A DNA stretch of 51,645 bases from Nitrososphaerales archaeon (lineage in GTDB: Archaea > Thermoproteota > Nitrososphaeria > Nitrososphaerales > Nitrososphaeraceae). The stretch lies in the NCBI GenBank assembly GCA_025451315.1, contig JANWKP010000081.1, positions 1-51,645 on the forward strand. The letters run 5' to 3'. Made by a program: the position numbers and the translations under genes. Shown here in pieces: positions 17,400-28,148 of this stretch. Each line of letters opens with the position of its first letter. Position 1 is the first letter of the stretch. A model generated the notes under the pieces. That model searched no databases and was not told the origin of the DNA. It was given only the letters and a program-made list of their open reading frames with translations.

Positions 17400-19433
17400 T
17401 TAATTTGATTTTTTAGCTATCTCTATCTCATACTCATTCTTGGTAAACCTTCTTTTACTTCCGAATGGTTTGAAAGGTCTTCCTGCACCATGATAAAATT
17501 TGGAAAAGAATTCGACATAAATCAACCTCGCTCCCTGTATACCAGGTTCGAACACTCCAATGATAATATTAAAAATATGACCAATCAAAAATATCATAAC
17601 TCCTAATATACTGAGAGCTATTGAACTATCCAAAGATTTGAGGAAGATAAAATCAATAACATGAGCAAGGATAACTGATGCAAGCAGTATTCCTACAATT
17701 CTAGTATAAGAAAGTATGTGACTAATTATTGATGGCAATTCCATAAGTGCTCTGACTCCCTCACCATAAAACATCATCCCTATTCCTCCAAACAGTAACG
17801 CAAAATAACCTATTCCCTGAATATTCTGTAACGGGTTTATGTTTACATGATTTATCATTGCCAATCCTATCATAGCAATCCCCCAACCAAACAAAAGCCA
17901 CCCAACTTTGCTAATTATGTGTTTTATCTGACGCTCTCTCATACTGTTAAGTATTCCAAGAACAAGCCCAAATGAAACCATACCTAATCCAACATACCCA
18001 CTAAATAGCAAAAGTTTACGTAAACCAAAAGTTCCAATCGGATTCAAGAATGCACCATCAGGTGGTAAGTTTAACCCAAAATTGTTCAAATATGAAAATA
18101 GATATCCATTTAGGTGGAATCCAAAATATAGGTCAAAGCAAAACCCTAGTATAATAGCGATAATACAACCTGGAATCATAGCCTTCGCTAACTTGACCAT
18201 CTGTGAAGGACGTAATATCGTTTTGGCGAAATTTCGTAAAAATTTTGGCATAATGGTCAAGTTGTATTTTCTATGCTGCACCCTTCTGATTACCCACAAA
18301 GAAACGATGAGTATCACCAAGCCATAACCAACATCCCCTATCATTAAACCGTAAAATATAGGAAAAATTAGACCAAAAATCAATGTAGGGTCAAATTCGT
18401 TGCCTGAAGGTAAAGAATAGAATCTTACAAATGATTCAAAAACTTTGAACCTTTTTGGATTTGAAAGGAGTGTTGGAGGAATCTCTTTAGATTCCAGTTC
18501 ATAAATGATAGTACCCTTACTATACCTTGCAAATGCTGTTTTTACGTTATCGATCTTTGATCTTGGAATCCATCCTTCGAATGCAAATGCATCATTAGTA
18601 GCTCCAATCTCCTCAATTATCCCAAGCTTTTGATTTTCTATTTCCAACTCTTCCTCTGCGCTTTTCAGAAATGTATAATTCGACTTTGAAATATCAGCCA
18701 ATTGACTATTTATTTGCTTTAATTTAGCATTAAGATTATTATAAAGATTTTTTTGATTGTGAATAATATCAGCAGGTTTTCCTTCCAGTTTTGGGACTGC
18801 TTCTAAGTGTACACTATATAGACTTACTGCTGATGCAAGAGTATTGGAAGGAAAATTTGGAGGAATAACAAGCACAAAATATATGAGTTTATCTTTTTCG
18901 TGAGAAGATATAAAAATAGGACCTTCTCCATTTGATTCAAGTGTTTTTTTAAATTCTGGAAACTTTTCAGAATTTATACGACCAAAATAAGAACGTGCAA
19001 AAGATAATCGCAAAAGTTTTAGATCCTCGGGAAAGAATGAAAAGTCTTCAAGTAGTTTGATATTATTCTCTGTCTCTTTAATCTCGGTTAGGATATCTTC
19101 TTTTTGTCTTTCCAGTGAGGCAATGCTTTTATCAAAATCTATTGACTCTATGTTTTGAATAAGTTCTTCAATGGAAGAAAATTTTGATTTTGCTAATACC
19201 GGGGAAGGTGGAAGTGAATTAAGTAATCCTCTAATTCGCAATAATTGATCAGAAATTTGTCTATGTAATTCACCTTCTTGTTCCTGCGTTAGATATGATT
19301 CTGCTTCTTTAGATAAAGGTTCTAGTTGGATGACATTCATTTCATGCAATATAGATATAACTTGAGGTCGGTATTTTTTTAGTCCAATAACTGCAATTTT
19401 AGTCATCGGAGCTGGTTTCAGAATTGTACTCAT
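17400..19433 (-). CDS. atpI: A/V-type ATP synthase subunit I (a)
   Basis: 677 aa; PPTLL.NP, DPT...FYGLMIGDVGYG, SHILSYTRI, RLIYVEFFSKFY. Confidence 0.96.
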   Translation of the reverse strand: MSTILKPAPMTKIAVIGLKKYRPQVISILHEMNVIQLEPLSKEAESYLTQEQEGELHRQISDQLLRIRGLLNSLPPSPVLAKSKFSSIEELIQNIESIDFDKSIASLERQKEDILTEIKETENNIKLLEDFSFFPEDLKLLRLSFARSYFGRINSEKFPEFKKTLESNGEGPIFISSHEKDKLIYFVLVIPPNFPSNTLASAVSLYSVHLEAVPKLEGKPADIIHNQKNLYNNLNAKLKQINSQLADISKSNYTFLKSAEEELEIENQKLGIIEEIGATNDAFAFEGWIPRSKIDNVKTAFARYSKGTIIYELESKEIPPTLLSNPKRFKVFESFVRFYSLPSGNEFDPTLIFGLIFPIFYGLMIGDVGYGLVILIVSLWVIRRVQHRKYNLTIMPKFLRNFAKTILRPSQMVKLAKAMIPGCIIAIILGFCFDLYFGFHLNGYLFSYLNNFGLNLPPDGAFLNPIGTFGLRKLLLFSGYVGLGMVSFGLVLGILNSMRERQIKHIISKVGWLLFGWGIAMIGLAMINHVNINPLQNIQGIGYFALLFGGIGMMFYGEGVRALMELPSIISHILSYTRIVGILLASVILAHVIDFIFLKSLDSSIALSILGVMIFLIGHIFNIIIGVFEPGIQGARLIYVEFFSKFYHGAGRPFKPFGSKRRFTKNEYEIEIAKKSN

Positions 19434-19449
19434 CTTAACATCTCAACCA

Positions 19450-19776
19450 TTACATTCCTGCAAGAAAAATCTCTTTTATTTTTTTTATTGTCTGCTGATC
19501 TATATGAATAGATATACTTTGGGATTTTTTCTTTGCGTCTTCCATAATCCTCTCTGCTTCTACTGTAGCTTTCGAACGAGCCTCCTCAATACTTTTTTCT
19601 ACTAATTTTTCTCCTTCCAGTTTTGATGCAGCAATTGCATTTTCCAGCTTCTTTTGCAAACTATTAATTTCTTCCTCAATTAATGTTCTATGTGTTTCAA
19701 TCTCGACCTGTACTTTGTCCTCAACTTCTTTAATTCGTTTCAGAGAATGTAGATATTCTTCTTGTGTATTAGACAT
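19450..19776 (-). CDS. atpH: A/V-type ATP synthase subunit H (G-like peripheral stalk)
   Basis: 108 aa E/K/A-rich coiled coil between D and I; GGTGA SD upstream. Confidence 0.85.
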   Translation of the reverse strand: MSNTQEEYLHSLKRIKEVEDKVQVEIETHRTLIEEEINSLQKKLENAIAASKLEGEKLVEKSIEEARSKATVEAERIMEDAKKKSQSISIHIDQQTIKKIKEIFLAGM

Positions 19777-19914
19777 ATATTAAATCACCCGAGAAAATAT
19801 TTCCCTATAAATGAAATTAAAATAACTGTAGCAACTATATTTCCGATCTTGAAAGCTCTAGATATTAAATAAAATTTCTTTTGCTGAACATTTACAAAAC
19901 CCCTTTTGTTATTA

Positions 19915-20580
19915 TTAAACATTAATCTCTACTTCGGCCTCCTTAGCTATTTCTTGTTCTCTTTCACCCATCTTTCTCTTTACAGTTTTTAGCATGATGA
20001 ATGTATCACGTTCCATTTCATCAAGGCGAAATGTAATAAATTTTAATGCAGACACCAATTTAGGTATAAAGACATTTTCTATTGCATTTGATTTTCGCTT
20101 TGTCCTCTCTATCTCATAAAGAAGTTTTCTTAATGTCGTCTCTTTCTCTGCAATCTCTAATACTGTACTATGAATTTTTTGGAATATTCTTATTGCCTCG
20201 TTTATGGATGTAGGAAGCTCGAGTATATGCTCAGCCAATAATTCTCTCTGACCACCGGCTATCTTTGGTATGTGAACGCCCATTATACTCTTTGACATGA
20301 CCTGCAAATTTGACATCTGTGACATTTTCATTGCTTCATTCTCTAGTCGCATAGACCCAGCGAGCATTTCAGCCATTCGAATGGTTTCATACCCTTTCAC
20401 AAGTTCAGATTGTAAAGTCCCTCGAAGAGCTGCCGCGGTCTTGCTAGTATTAAAAAATTCGAGAATCAGGGCTTGACGTTTTAACTTTAAAAGTTTTAGG
20501 CCTTTTCTTGCAATAACAATCCTACGCTTGGTACGAATATACTCAAGACGAGTTGGCCGAATATTTGTTGCTAATGCCAT
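19915..20580 (-). CDS. atpD: A/V-type ATP synthase subunit D
   Basis: RPTRLE...GLKLLKLKR, EIERTKRKSNAIE, LDEMERD. Confidence 0.96.
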   Translation of the reverse strand: MALATNIRPTRLEYIRTKRRIVIARKGLKLLKLKRQALILEFFNTSKTAAALRGTLQSELVKGYETIRMAEMLAGSMRLENEAMKMSQMSNLQVMSKSIMGVHIPKIAGGQRELLAEHILELPTSINEAIRIFQKIHSTVLEIAEKETTLRKLLYEIERTKRKSNAIENVFIPKLVSALKFITFRLDEMERDTFIMLKTVKRKMGEREQEIAKEAEVEINV

Positions 20581-20593
20581 ATTATCGCACTAA

Positions 20594-21991
20594 TCACACT
20601 CCTTCTACATCTTTATTAAATCGTTTTCTATACTTTGTAATAAATTCTGACTTTATTCGTTTCATTTCTGAGTCTGGAAGATGGCTTAATAATTCCCAAC
20701 CAATATCCAGAGTTTGTTCTATTGATCTATTTTCATCAGTACCTTGATTAACGAATTTACGTTCAAAATTATTGGCAATTTTTAGAAACTTTCTATCTGT
20801 CTCACTTAAAGCCTCTTCTCCTACTATTGCTGATAATGCTCTAGCGTCCTTACCTTGAGCATAAGTTGCATACAATTGATCAGCTAGATTTCTATGGTCT
20901 TCTCTAGTCCGACCATTTCCTATACCTTGATTCATTAAACGAGAGAGACTTGTAAGTACATCAACAGGAGGTTGTATATTGAGTCTGTTCAATTCCCGAC
21001 TCAGCACAATTTGACCTTCTGTAATATAACCTGTAAGATCTGGAATAGGATGAGTAATATCATCTGCAGGCATAGCAAGAATAGGTATTTGTGTCACAGA
21101 TCCTTTTCTCCCTTTTATCTTTCCCGCCCGCTCATAAATTGATGCTAGATCTGTATACATGTAACCAGGATAACCACGTCTTCCTGGAACTTCTTCGCGG
21201 GCAGCACTGATTTCTCTGAGAGCTTCACAATAATTGGTCATGTCAGTCAATATAACGAGAACATGCATCTCACGTTCATAAGCGAGAAATTCAGCTGTTG
21301 TTAACGCTAGTCTGGGAGTTAGTATACGTTCCATTGATGGATCGGATGATAAATTGAGAAAAAGAACACTTCTACCAAGCGCTCCACTTTCTTCGAATTG
21401 TTTTATAAAAAAGTTTGCCTCTTCACTGGTAATACCCATCGCAGCAAACACAACTGAAAAGTTTTCAGAAGTTCCAAGAACTTTAGCTTGTCTAGCGATC
21501 TGTGTAGCAAGCAAATTATGTGGTAAACCAGCCCCTGAAAATATTGGGAGTTTTTGGCCTCTTACCAATGTATTCATTCCATCTATATTAGACATCCCTG
21601 TCTGAATGAATTCAGATGGTTCTTCTCTAGAATAGGGATTAATTCCTGCTCCTACCAAATCATACTTTTCCTTTGAAATGATTTTTGGTCCGTTGTCTCT
21701 AGGTTTTCCTAACCCATCAAATGTACGTCCAAGCATCTCATCCGAGACTGAGAGCATAGCAGTTTCACCAGAGAATTTTGTTGAAGTTCCTATTGTACCT
21801 AGACCATATGTTGGACCAAAAACTTGGACTATAGCCAATCCCTGTCGTGTATCTAGTACTTGTCCTTGACGACGGTCTCCATTTGCTAATTTGATTTCAA
21901 CTATTTCACCGTAGGCGGCATCATTGACTCCTTCTACAAATATTAAAGGGCCAGCTATTTTTGATAATGTTTTAAATGCAATATTGGACAT
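20594..21991 (-). CDS. atpB: A/V-type ATP synthase subunit B
   Basis: [38 protein letters not shown]. Confidence 0.98.
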   Translation of the reverse strand: MSNIAFKTLSKIAGPLIFVEGVNDAAYGEIVEIKLANGDRRQGQVLDTRQGLAIVQVFGPTYGLGTIGTSTKFSGETAMLSVSDEMLGRTFDGLGKPRDNGPKIISKEKYDLVGAGINPYSREEPSEFIQTGMSNIDGMNTLVRGQKLPIFSGAGLPHNLLATQIARQAKVLGTSENFSVVFAAMGITSEEANFFIKQFEESGALGRSVLFLNLSSDPSMERILTPRLALTTAEFLAYEREMHVLVILTDMTNYCEALREISAAREEVPGRRGYPGYMYTDLASIYERAGKIKGRKGSVTQIPILAMPADDITHPIPDLTGYITEGQIVLSRELNRLNIQPPVDVLTSLSRLMNQGIGNGRTREDHRNLADQLYATYAQGKDARALSAIVGEEALSETDRKFLKIANNFERKFVNQGTDENRSIEQTLDIGWELLSHLPDSEMKRIKSEFITKYRKRFNKDVEGV

Positions 21992-21992
21992 T

Positions 21993-23759
21993 TTAAATAG
22001 TGATCTCCACTAGCAATTTCTCAAATTGTTGTTTCATATTTACTTCGATCTCTTTGATCAGTTGTTCTATTTGTTCTTCTTTAGTCCATTTAATCATTGA
22101 AATCTGTTTCCTTACTTCTAAAGAGCCAACTTTGGAAGATGAAATACCTTTTTTTATTGCTTCAGCTTCAAGTTTTCCAAACTCCAGGATAACTGAGAGC
22201 ATCATAAATTGTTTTTTAATAGAAGAATAAGTATCGACCTCATCATAAGCACTTTGCTGCAAAAAGTCCTCCCGAATAGAACGGGCTGTATCTAAAATAC
22301 CCTTTTCAGGTTCTGGTAGGGCATCATATCCTATCAATTGTACAATCTCTTGCAGTTCTGCTTCTCTTTGTAATATCTCTAATGCTTCCTGCCTTCTTTT
22401 GATCCAATCACTTGAAATGTTACTCTGGTACCAGTCATTCATTTCATCTGCGTAAAGAGAATAACTTGTTAACCAATTAATAGATGGAAAGTGCCTTCGT
22501 GATGCCAAATTCGCGTCAAGAGCCCAAAATACCCTTGTCACTCTAAGAGTATTTTGCGAAACTGGTTCAGAGAAATCTCCTCCCGGTGGGGATACTGCAC
22601 CAACTAATGTTAATGAACCAACTCTTTCTTCTGGGGATATTACAACTGCCTTCCCGCCTCTTTCATAAAATTCAGCCAATCTACTTCCAAGATAAGCTGG
22701 ATATCCTTCTTCTCCAGGCATTTCTTCTAGTCTACCAGAAATTTCTCTTAACGCTTCAGCCCATCTAGAAGTACTATCTGCCATCAGTGCTACGTCATAG
22801 CCCATATCTCGGTAATATTCACCCATAGTTATACCTGTATAGATGCTTGCCTCACGTGCTGCTACTGGCATGTTAGAAGTGTTGGCAACGAGTATAGTTC
22901 GTTCCATAAGTGGTCGTTTCGATTTTGGATCTTCTAATTCAGGAAAAGTAGTTAGGATTTCTGTCATTTCATTTCCCCTTTCACCGCATCCTACGTATAC
23001 GATTATGTTACTATCTGCCCACTTTGCTAACTGTTGCTGCGTTACTGTCTTACCACTTCCAAATGGACCAGGAATAGCTGCAGTTCCACCCTTTGCAATA
23101 GGGAAGAAAGTATCAAGAACACGTTGACCGGTAAGTAGTGGAGACGAGGGTGGAAGTTTATTAAGAACAGGCCGTGGTTTTCTCACCATCCACCAGTTTG
23201 AGAGTCCTACATCTATAACAGCACTATTTGTTTTTATTTGTGCAACATTTTCACTTACTGTATAATTTCCCTCAGTTATTTCAGATAATTGACCATGAAT
23301 ACCAAATGGGACAACTATTTTGTGTCTAATTAATGGAGTTTCTTGTACTTCACCAATTATTTCACCTTGAGAGACATTCTCTCCCTTTTTCTTAATCGGA
23401 ACAAATTCCCATTTCTTGAGCTGATCTAATGCAGGAATAATTTTTCCTCTACTAATAAAGTCTCCACTCTCTTTTCTTAAAATATCTAATGGACGTTGTA
23501 TACCATCATAAATAGATTTTAATAATCCAGGTCCAAGTTGTATTGAAAGTGGTCTTCTGGTATTAACTATTTTCTCTCCTGGCCTAAGCCCAGTTGTATC
23601 TTCATAAACTTGGATAGTAGATTTGTTTCCCTCCAGACGAATAATTTCTCCCAAGAGACCTAATTCTCCAATACGTACTACATCGTACATTTGAGCTTGT
23701 TCAATATCAGTTGCTACAACAACAGGACCGGATATACGTGAAACAATGGCTGTTGACAT
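21993..23759 (-). CDS. atpA: A/V-type ATP synthase subunit A
   Basis: GPFGSGKT Walker [20 protein letters not shown]; no intein. Confidence 0.98.
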   Translation of the reverse strand: MSTAIVSRISGPVVVATDIEQAQMYDVVRIGELGLLGEIIRLEGNKSTIQVYEDTTGLRPGEKIVNTRRPLSIQLGPGLLKSIYDGIQRPLDILRKESGDFISRGKIIPALDQLKKWEFVPIKKKGENVSQGEIIGEVQETPLIRHKIVVPFGIHGQLSEITEGNYTVSENVAQIKTNSAVIDVGLSNWWMVRKPRPVLNKLPPSSPLLTGQRVLDTFFPIAKGGTAAIPGPFGSGKTVTQQQLAKWADSNIIVYVGCGERGNEMTEILTTFPELEDPKSKRPLMERTILVANTSNMPVAAREASIYTGITMGEYYRDMGYDVALMADSTSRWAEALREISGRLEEMPGEEGYPAYLGSRLAEFYERGGKAVVISPEERVGSLTLVGAVSPPGGDFSEPVSQNTLRVTRVFWALDANLASRRHFPSINWLTSYSLYADEMNDWYQSNISSDWIKRRQEALEILQREAELQEIVQLIGYDALPEPEKGILDTARSIREDFLQQSAYDEVDTYSSIKKQFMMLSVILEFGKLEAEAIKKGISSSKVGSLEVRKQISMIKWTKEEQIEQLIKEIEVNMKQQFEKLLVEITI

Positions 23760-23788
23760 ATTCTATTTTACTCCATAACCATCCTTTT

Positions 23789-24133
23789 TTAATATTTAAT
23801 ATTTATTCCTAATACACGTCTAGCCAAGGAGGATATTGATTCTTCTTGAATATCTCCCTTCAATTGAGGCATAAATAATACTAGTGGTTCGATGGATGCT
23901 TCAATTTTTTTCCTAAATAATGAGGGAAGATATTCTCGTATGAATTGGCTTGCAATAATCATCGAATATTTATGGGAAAAAAAAAGATTTTCCATCGTTT
24001 TAAGGGATTCATCCCCTCCATTTACTATGAACGTATCATCTACACCTAAAAGTCTATAACCAATTACGAGTTCTCGCTCTCCTATAACGGCTATTGTGCC
24101 CTTAGAGTCTGAGTGATGGGGTTTAGATGACAT
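23789..24133 (-). CDS. atpF: A/V-type ATP synthase subunit F
   Basis: IAVIGERELVIGYRLLGV...RRVLGINI. Confidence 0.93.
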   Translation of the reverse strand: MSSKPHHSDSKGTIAVIGERELVIGYRLLGVDDTFIVNGGDESLKTMENLFFSHKYSMIIASQFIREYLPSLFRKKIEASIEPLVLFMPQLKGDIQEESISSLARRVLGINIKY

Positions 24134-24134
24134 T

Positions 24135-25211
24135 CTATTCTGTCTCCAAAACCAACATCGATTTTATACGTTCTAATGGAAAATTATAACGCTTTCCATA
24201 AGCTATTCTCTTTATATTATCCCATTCATATTCGGCAGTAAGAATGAAATGAAAGATTGAACCCAGTGAAAGTGGAATATTCTTTAAACGTTTTAAATAT
24301 GATTTACTTAAGAACTTATCAAAAGCTACTTCAAAATCAATCATGCTATTAGTTTTCATATAAGTTTCCTTAAGATAATCAGATAAATTGTAATGTTTTT
24401 GTATTTTACTTACAAACTCTTCATTACTCTTTGATCCAAATATTTCAAACAAGTCATCTATAGAAATATTTCCTCCTTTTACAAGATGTTTGTTAATTAA
24501 TTCGCGATCTAAATTAGAATCCTTCCCCTTCAATATACTCAAAATATTTCTTTTATCTATTTGGACTCTAAATAAATCCCTGATTAGTCCTTCGTCACCT
24601 TGAAAAAATCTTAAAGACTCGATCAATGTAGTATAATAATAGGCTATTAGATCTGCCATCATCGGTCCAAGATCTCCTGTTTTTTGATAAGAATCCAGAT
24701 GTCGCATCAATATAGGTCCATATCGATACTTTACAAGATGATTTACAACACCTTCTACCCCGGCTTGTGATAAAATAATTTTCATTTCATCATGAGATAT
24801 ATTTCCTGCTGAAATCCCGGCTGGAAAATTTCGGCTTGAAACAAGAAAAGGTTCAGTTTCAGTGATAGCACGACCGATAATCTTTGATGATAAAATTAAT
24901 TCAATATTATGGATATCCCATTTTAAGAAATAAGCTCGAATTGCATCCCTACCACTAAATGGTGTAGATTCAAGAGCAATTTTATTGATTTCAACAATAT
25001 GTCTATTAAGAGCAACTTCCAAAAGTTCAGGAAGTGAATAAAGAGATGCTGCTCGTTCGATTTCAGGTCCGTACCAAGTTGGTTCTAGGATACGAGTCAT
25101 TTCAGCAACATCTTTTGCATGTAGTAAATTTTGAAGAACATTTTGAGAAATAAAATTTATTGACAGGGATTGTAATCGGCCAAATGATGATGAATACGAT
25201 GACGTAGCCAT
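24135..25211 (-). CDS. atpC: A/V-type ATP synthase subunit C (d/AC39)
   Basis: 358 aa; WDIHNI, DKRNI, EWDNIKRIAYGK; operon position. Confidence 0.92.
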   Translation of the reverse strand: MATSSYSSSFGRLQSLSINFISQNVLQNLLHAKDVAEMTRILEPTWYGPEIERAASLYSLPELLEVALNRHIVEINKIALESTPFSGRDAIRAYFLKWDIHNIELILSSKIIGRAITETEPFLVSSRNFPAGISAGNISHDEMKIILSQAGVEGVVNHLVKYRYGPILMRHLDSYQKTGDLGPMMADLIAYYYTTLIESLRFFQGDEGLIRDLFRVQIDKRNILSILKGKDSNLDRELINKHLVKGGNISIDDLFEIFGSKSNEEFVSKIQKHYNLSDYLKETYMKTNSMIDFEVAFDKFLSKSYLKRLKNIPLSLGSIFHFILTAEYEWDNIKRIAYGKRYNFPLERIKSMLVLETE

Positions 25212-25213
25212 TC

Positions 25214-25777
25214 TTACTTTATTAATTTCTCTAAAAGAAAATTCTGAATCTCATCTTCGTGGGTTCTCAATAGCTCTTCAAAAGTCAAATCAATCTCCAT
25301 GGTCCCATTTGTGTTTTCTGCTAAGATTCCTCCAATAGTTTGTATTGGAGAGCCTGGATTAATGTTCAATCCGTTTAAAATGATATTATCATCATTACGA
25401 CAATGTATTATAATATCCTGACTATTCAATTTCATCTTAGCGTACTTTACCATTTTTTTTATTGTATTTTTATAATCTGGTTTTTGACTATAGATTTTCA
25501 AATCTTCTCTTATAGTGTTTAACGTAGAATCCATACTTGCATTAATTGCGTCAAAGAGGATTTTTTTTGCCTTTAATCTTGATGCCTCAATTATTCGAGC
25601 TCCTTCCTTTTGGGATTTTGCTTTAGCCTCATCTGAATAATTTTGTGTCATTTCTTTGATAGTACTTTCAATGGTATGCTGAATCCTCATTTTTTTTTCC
25701 GTCAAGGTAGTATCGAGGAGGTTAATTTTCCTTGTTTTTCTTTCCTCAATCTCTTGGATGAATGTGTCCAAGCTCAT
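25214..25777 (-). CDS. atpE: A/V-type ATP synthase subunit E
   Basis: N-terminal coiled coil, IGGILA...IDLTFE. Confidence 0.9.
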   Translation of the reverse strand: MSLDTFIQEIEERKTRKINLLDTTLTEKKMRIQHTIESTIKEMTQNYSDEAKAKSQKEGARIIEASRLKAKKILFDAINASMDSTLNTIREDLKIYSQKPDYKNTIKKMVKYAKMKLNSQDIIIHCRNDDNIILNGLNINPGSPIQTIGGILAENTNGTMEIDLTFEELLRTHEDEIQNFLLEKLIK

Positions 25778-25802
25778 GATTTATTCATTCAGTCTCCTAT
25801 TA

Positions 25803-26147
25803 CTATAGTATTCCTAGTAATAGAATGATTCCAAGAACAAAACCTATAATCCAAAGAGTTTCAGGTATGACAAAGAAGAAAAGAACCTGTCCAAACTTTT
25901 CAGGTTTTTCTGCTATTATTCCCATTCCTGCAGCACCAATACCTTGCTGTGCATTGCCAGTACCTATCAGACCTCCTGCTATTGCGATTGCTGCAGCTAT
26001 TGCCAACAATGGCTTTGTGAGCCCCTCGCTTGAAGAAGTTGAGGGTTCAGCAGCGAATACTTGAGTAAAAGATAATGTAAATGCGACAAGTGTCAATCCT
26101 ACAATTATTGCAATAATAGACAATTTTGAACCATTATATCGTATCAT
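25803..26147 (-). CDS. atpK: A/V-type ATP synthase proteolipid subunit K (c) with N-terminal hydrophobic leader
   Basis: AQQGIGAAGMGIIAEKPE...VIPETLWIIG single hairpin with the conserved Glu. Confidence 0.95.
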   Translation of the reverse strand: MIRYNGSKLSIIAIIVGLTLVAFTLSFTQVFAAEPSTSSSEGLTKPLLAIAAAIAIAGGLIGTGNAQQGIGAAGMGIIAEKPEKFGQVLFFFVIPETLWIIGFVLGIILLLGIL

Positions 26148-26176
26148 TATTAGCTAAGGTTTATTATAAATAGACA

Positions 26177-26192
26177 TTTATAAGAGTTTTTC
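26177..26192 (-). promoter_or_regulatory. BRE/TATA promoter candidate of the ATPase operon
   Basis: Minus strand GAAAAACTC-TTATAAA about 30 nt upstream of the atpK ATG. Confidence 0.55.
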
Positions 26193-26972
26193 TTAATTTT
26201 TAAAATCTTAAATTTTAAATAGAATAATAAAATTCTTTCAATCGGGTTAGTGATCTACATTAATTTAGGATCTAACTTGTATATCTATCTAAAATAATAA
26301 AATATTTGACTTTTTATAAGTAGACCTAATCAATACAATATGTATCTGAAGAGTAGTTTTATGAAAAAGTTTCAATAAATATTCATCACTATTCTAAAGG
26401 TTTGCTTACTAAAAGATTCATATTGTAAATAGTTTTACAAATTTATAATTTGTATCTCTGGATTCTTATTCATTAAATAAAGCTATTTAGAATCTTATTT
26501 TTAAAACATGGATTAATTATTTTATTTAATATGGTTAAGATTAGCATCATGACAAATAATACTCCAATAACATTCATTACAATACATCACAAAATTTTTT
26601 CTTTTAGCTAAAAATTTAGTATAATGATTATAATTGACTTTGATTTTTTAGATAAGAACAAATACTGTGATAAATACTTGTGGTAACTATACGAATAATT
26701 CAAAATACAAATCGTATATTTGCATAAAAATGTAAAATGTAAAATAGGATTGATTTTCAGAATTTAGCAACCATAAATAAAGAAAGAGTAGATTCTTGCA
26801 AAAAAAATTTTATATTGTAAAATATCGACCCTCTAACAAATAAATATTATTGAAAATTAAATATTTTCTAAATTTTTCAAATTTTCCTCATATATACCAA
26901 AATAAGATGGCTTAAATGATTATTTTTACCAAATAGATATATTTTAAATATAAGTGTAGAATATATATAATT

Positions 26973-27110
26973 ATGAAGGTAAATAGGAAGGTAAACAGAA
27001 ATGGTCCAGATGTTTACAGCTGGCGAGAAATGGTAAAAGGTTCCGTTATTGTAATTGGAGCATTCAGTGTTTTATATGTATTCTTGATGTTTCTTACTGG
27101 TGGATTATAG
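26973..27110 (+). CDS. 45-aa single-TM microprotein (not in the ORF track)
   Basis: MKVNRKVNRNGPDVYSWREMVKGSVIVIGAFSVLYVFLMFLTGGL*; TTTAAATA about 25 nt upstream; higher GC than flanks; T-run shortly downstream. Confidence 0.65.
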   Translation: MKVNRKVNRNGPDVYSWREMVKGSVIVIGAFSVLYVFLMFLTGGL

Positions 27111-27763
27111 GTAAAGTATATATTAATTTCCAATTTTTTATCTGATTAAGACTTGTAATAACTTGTTTTATTGACGCCCTTTTTATATTATCTTGACTAT
27201 CTTAGGTTTTAATTTCTATGATTTTATATTTTGAATATTATGAGATTATTAGGCCAGTCAGTTGAATTATATTTCCTTTGGGTTATAGTTTAGAAAATGG
27301 ATTTTATCTAAATTTTTACATCCTTGACAAATTCCTCCTTATTATACTTAGTCGTTTAGACCATGATAGTGTAAATATTGTAAATTGTAAAAAGTATCAT
27401 ATCGATTCAATATATTAGAACATTAATTTTTTAATACCTGTACCTTTTTAATAAATATAACTGCAAAAATTCCGAGATCCTAACAGAATATGTATATGTA
27501 TATATTTATGTATGATATATGTTTTCATATAGAGTTACAATTGAAAAAGAGGATTTGATTAACCCATTATTTTATTACACAAATCCTATAATGTTATTGT
27601 AATTTATCCTGTGAATTTAGATAAAATATTAAGTTATTAATAATCACAATAGAAAACTGTAATTAAAACAACAAGAATTAAAGTATAAAGGAATGCTCAA
27701 TGAATCATTATAAACTCTCTAATGATTAAGTAACCAATATTTAATAATTTTGAGAATATCTAT

Positions 27764-28120
27764 TTATATATCTTCAAAACTTTTTCGCATTTCTTTTATT
27801 TGCTTTTCAAAGTTAATCAATTCAGCCGAGTGATATTCAATATCTAACTTTTTAGATAATATTCGTATGATCCTACGTTCAATAATCCTTTTACCTCCAT
27901 CAATCGCAAACTGAAGAGCTTCACTAAGAGATTTTGGATCTTGAGACGTATGTTCTATTAAGAAAGAATATTTATCTTCAATATAATCTTGCACAATTTT
28001 AGAAACATCCTCGCCTAAAATTTTCATTCCTTCCTTTACTGCACTAGAATAGGCATTTTCAAAAAAAACGATATTATTTTTTCTTGAATTATCACCATTA
28101 CTATTAACTTTTTTTATCAT
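27764..28120 (-). CDS. DUF3227/NitrOD5-like small helical protein
   Basis: AVKEGMKILGEDV...YIEDKY...DPKSLSEAL...G.RIIERRII pattern; directly downstream of the KaiC-like gene. Confidence 0.65.
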   Translation of the reverse strand: MIKKVNSNGDNSRKNNIVFFENAYSSAVKEGMKILGEDVSKIVQDYIEDKYSFLIEHTSQDPKSLSEALQFAIDGGKRIIERRIIRILSKKLDIEYHSAELINFEKQIKEMRKSFEDI

Positions 28121-28148
28121 AAATTTCGTCTCTTATTTTATCATATTA

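Noticed and set aside
18082-26064. Plus-strand ORFs inside the ATPase operon, and similar antisense or alternate-frame ORFs over adh, thpR, kaiC, sdhA, hisS, infB and glmM
   Set aside because: Shadow ORFs of well-supported genes with no recognisable motifs.
16855-27760. ATPase operon as a tRNA-Pro-integrated island
   Set aside because: No repeat of the tRNA-Pro 3' end and no integrase near the operon; adjacency alone is insufficient.
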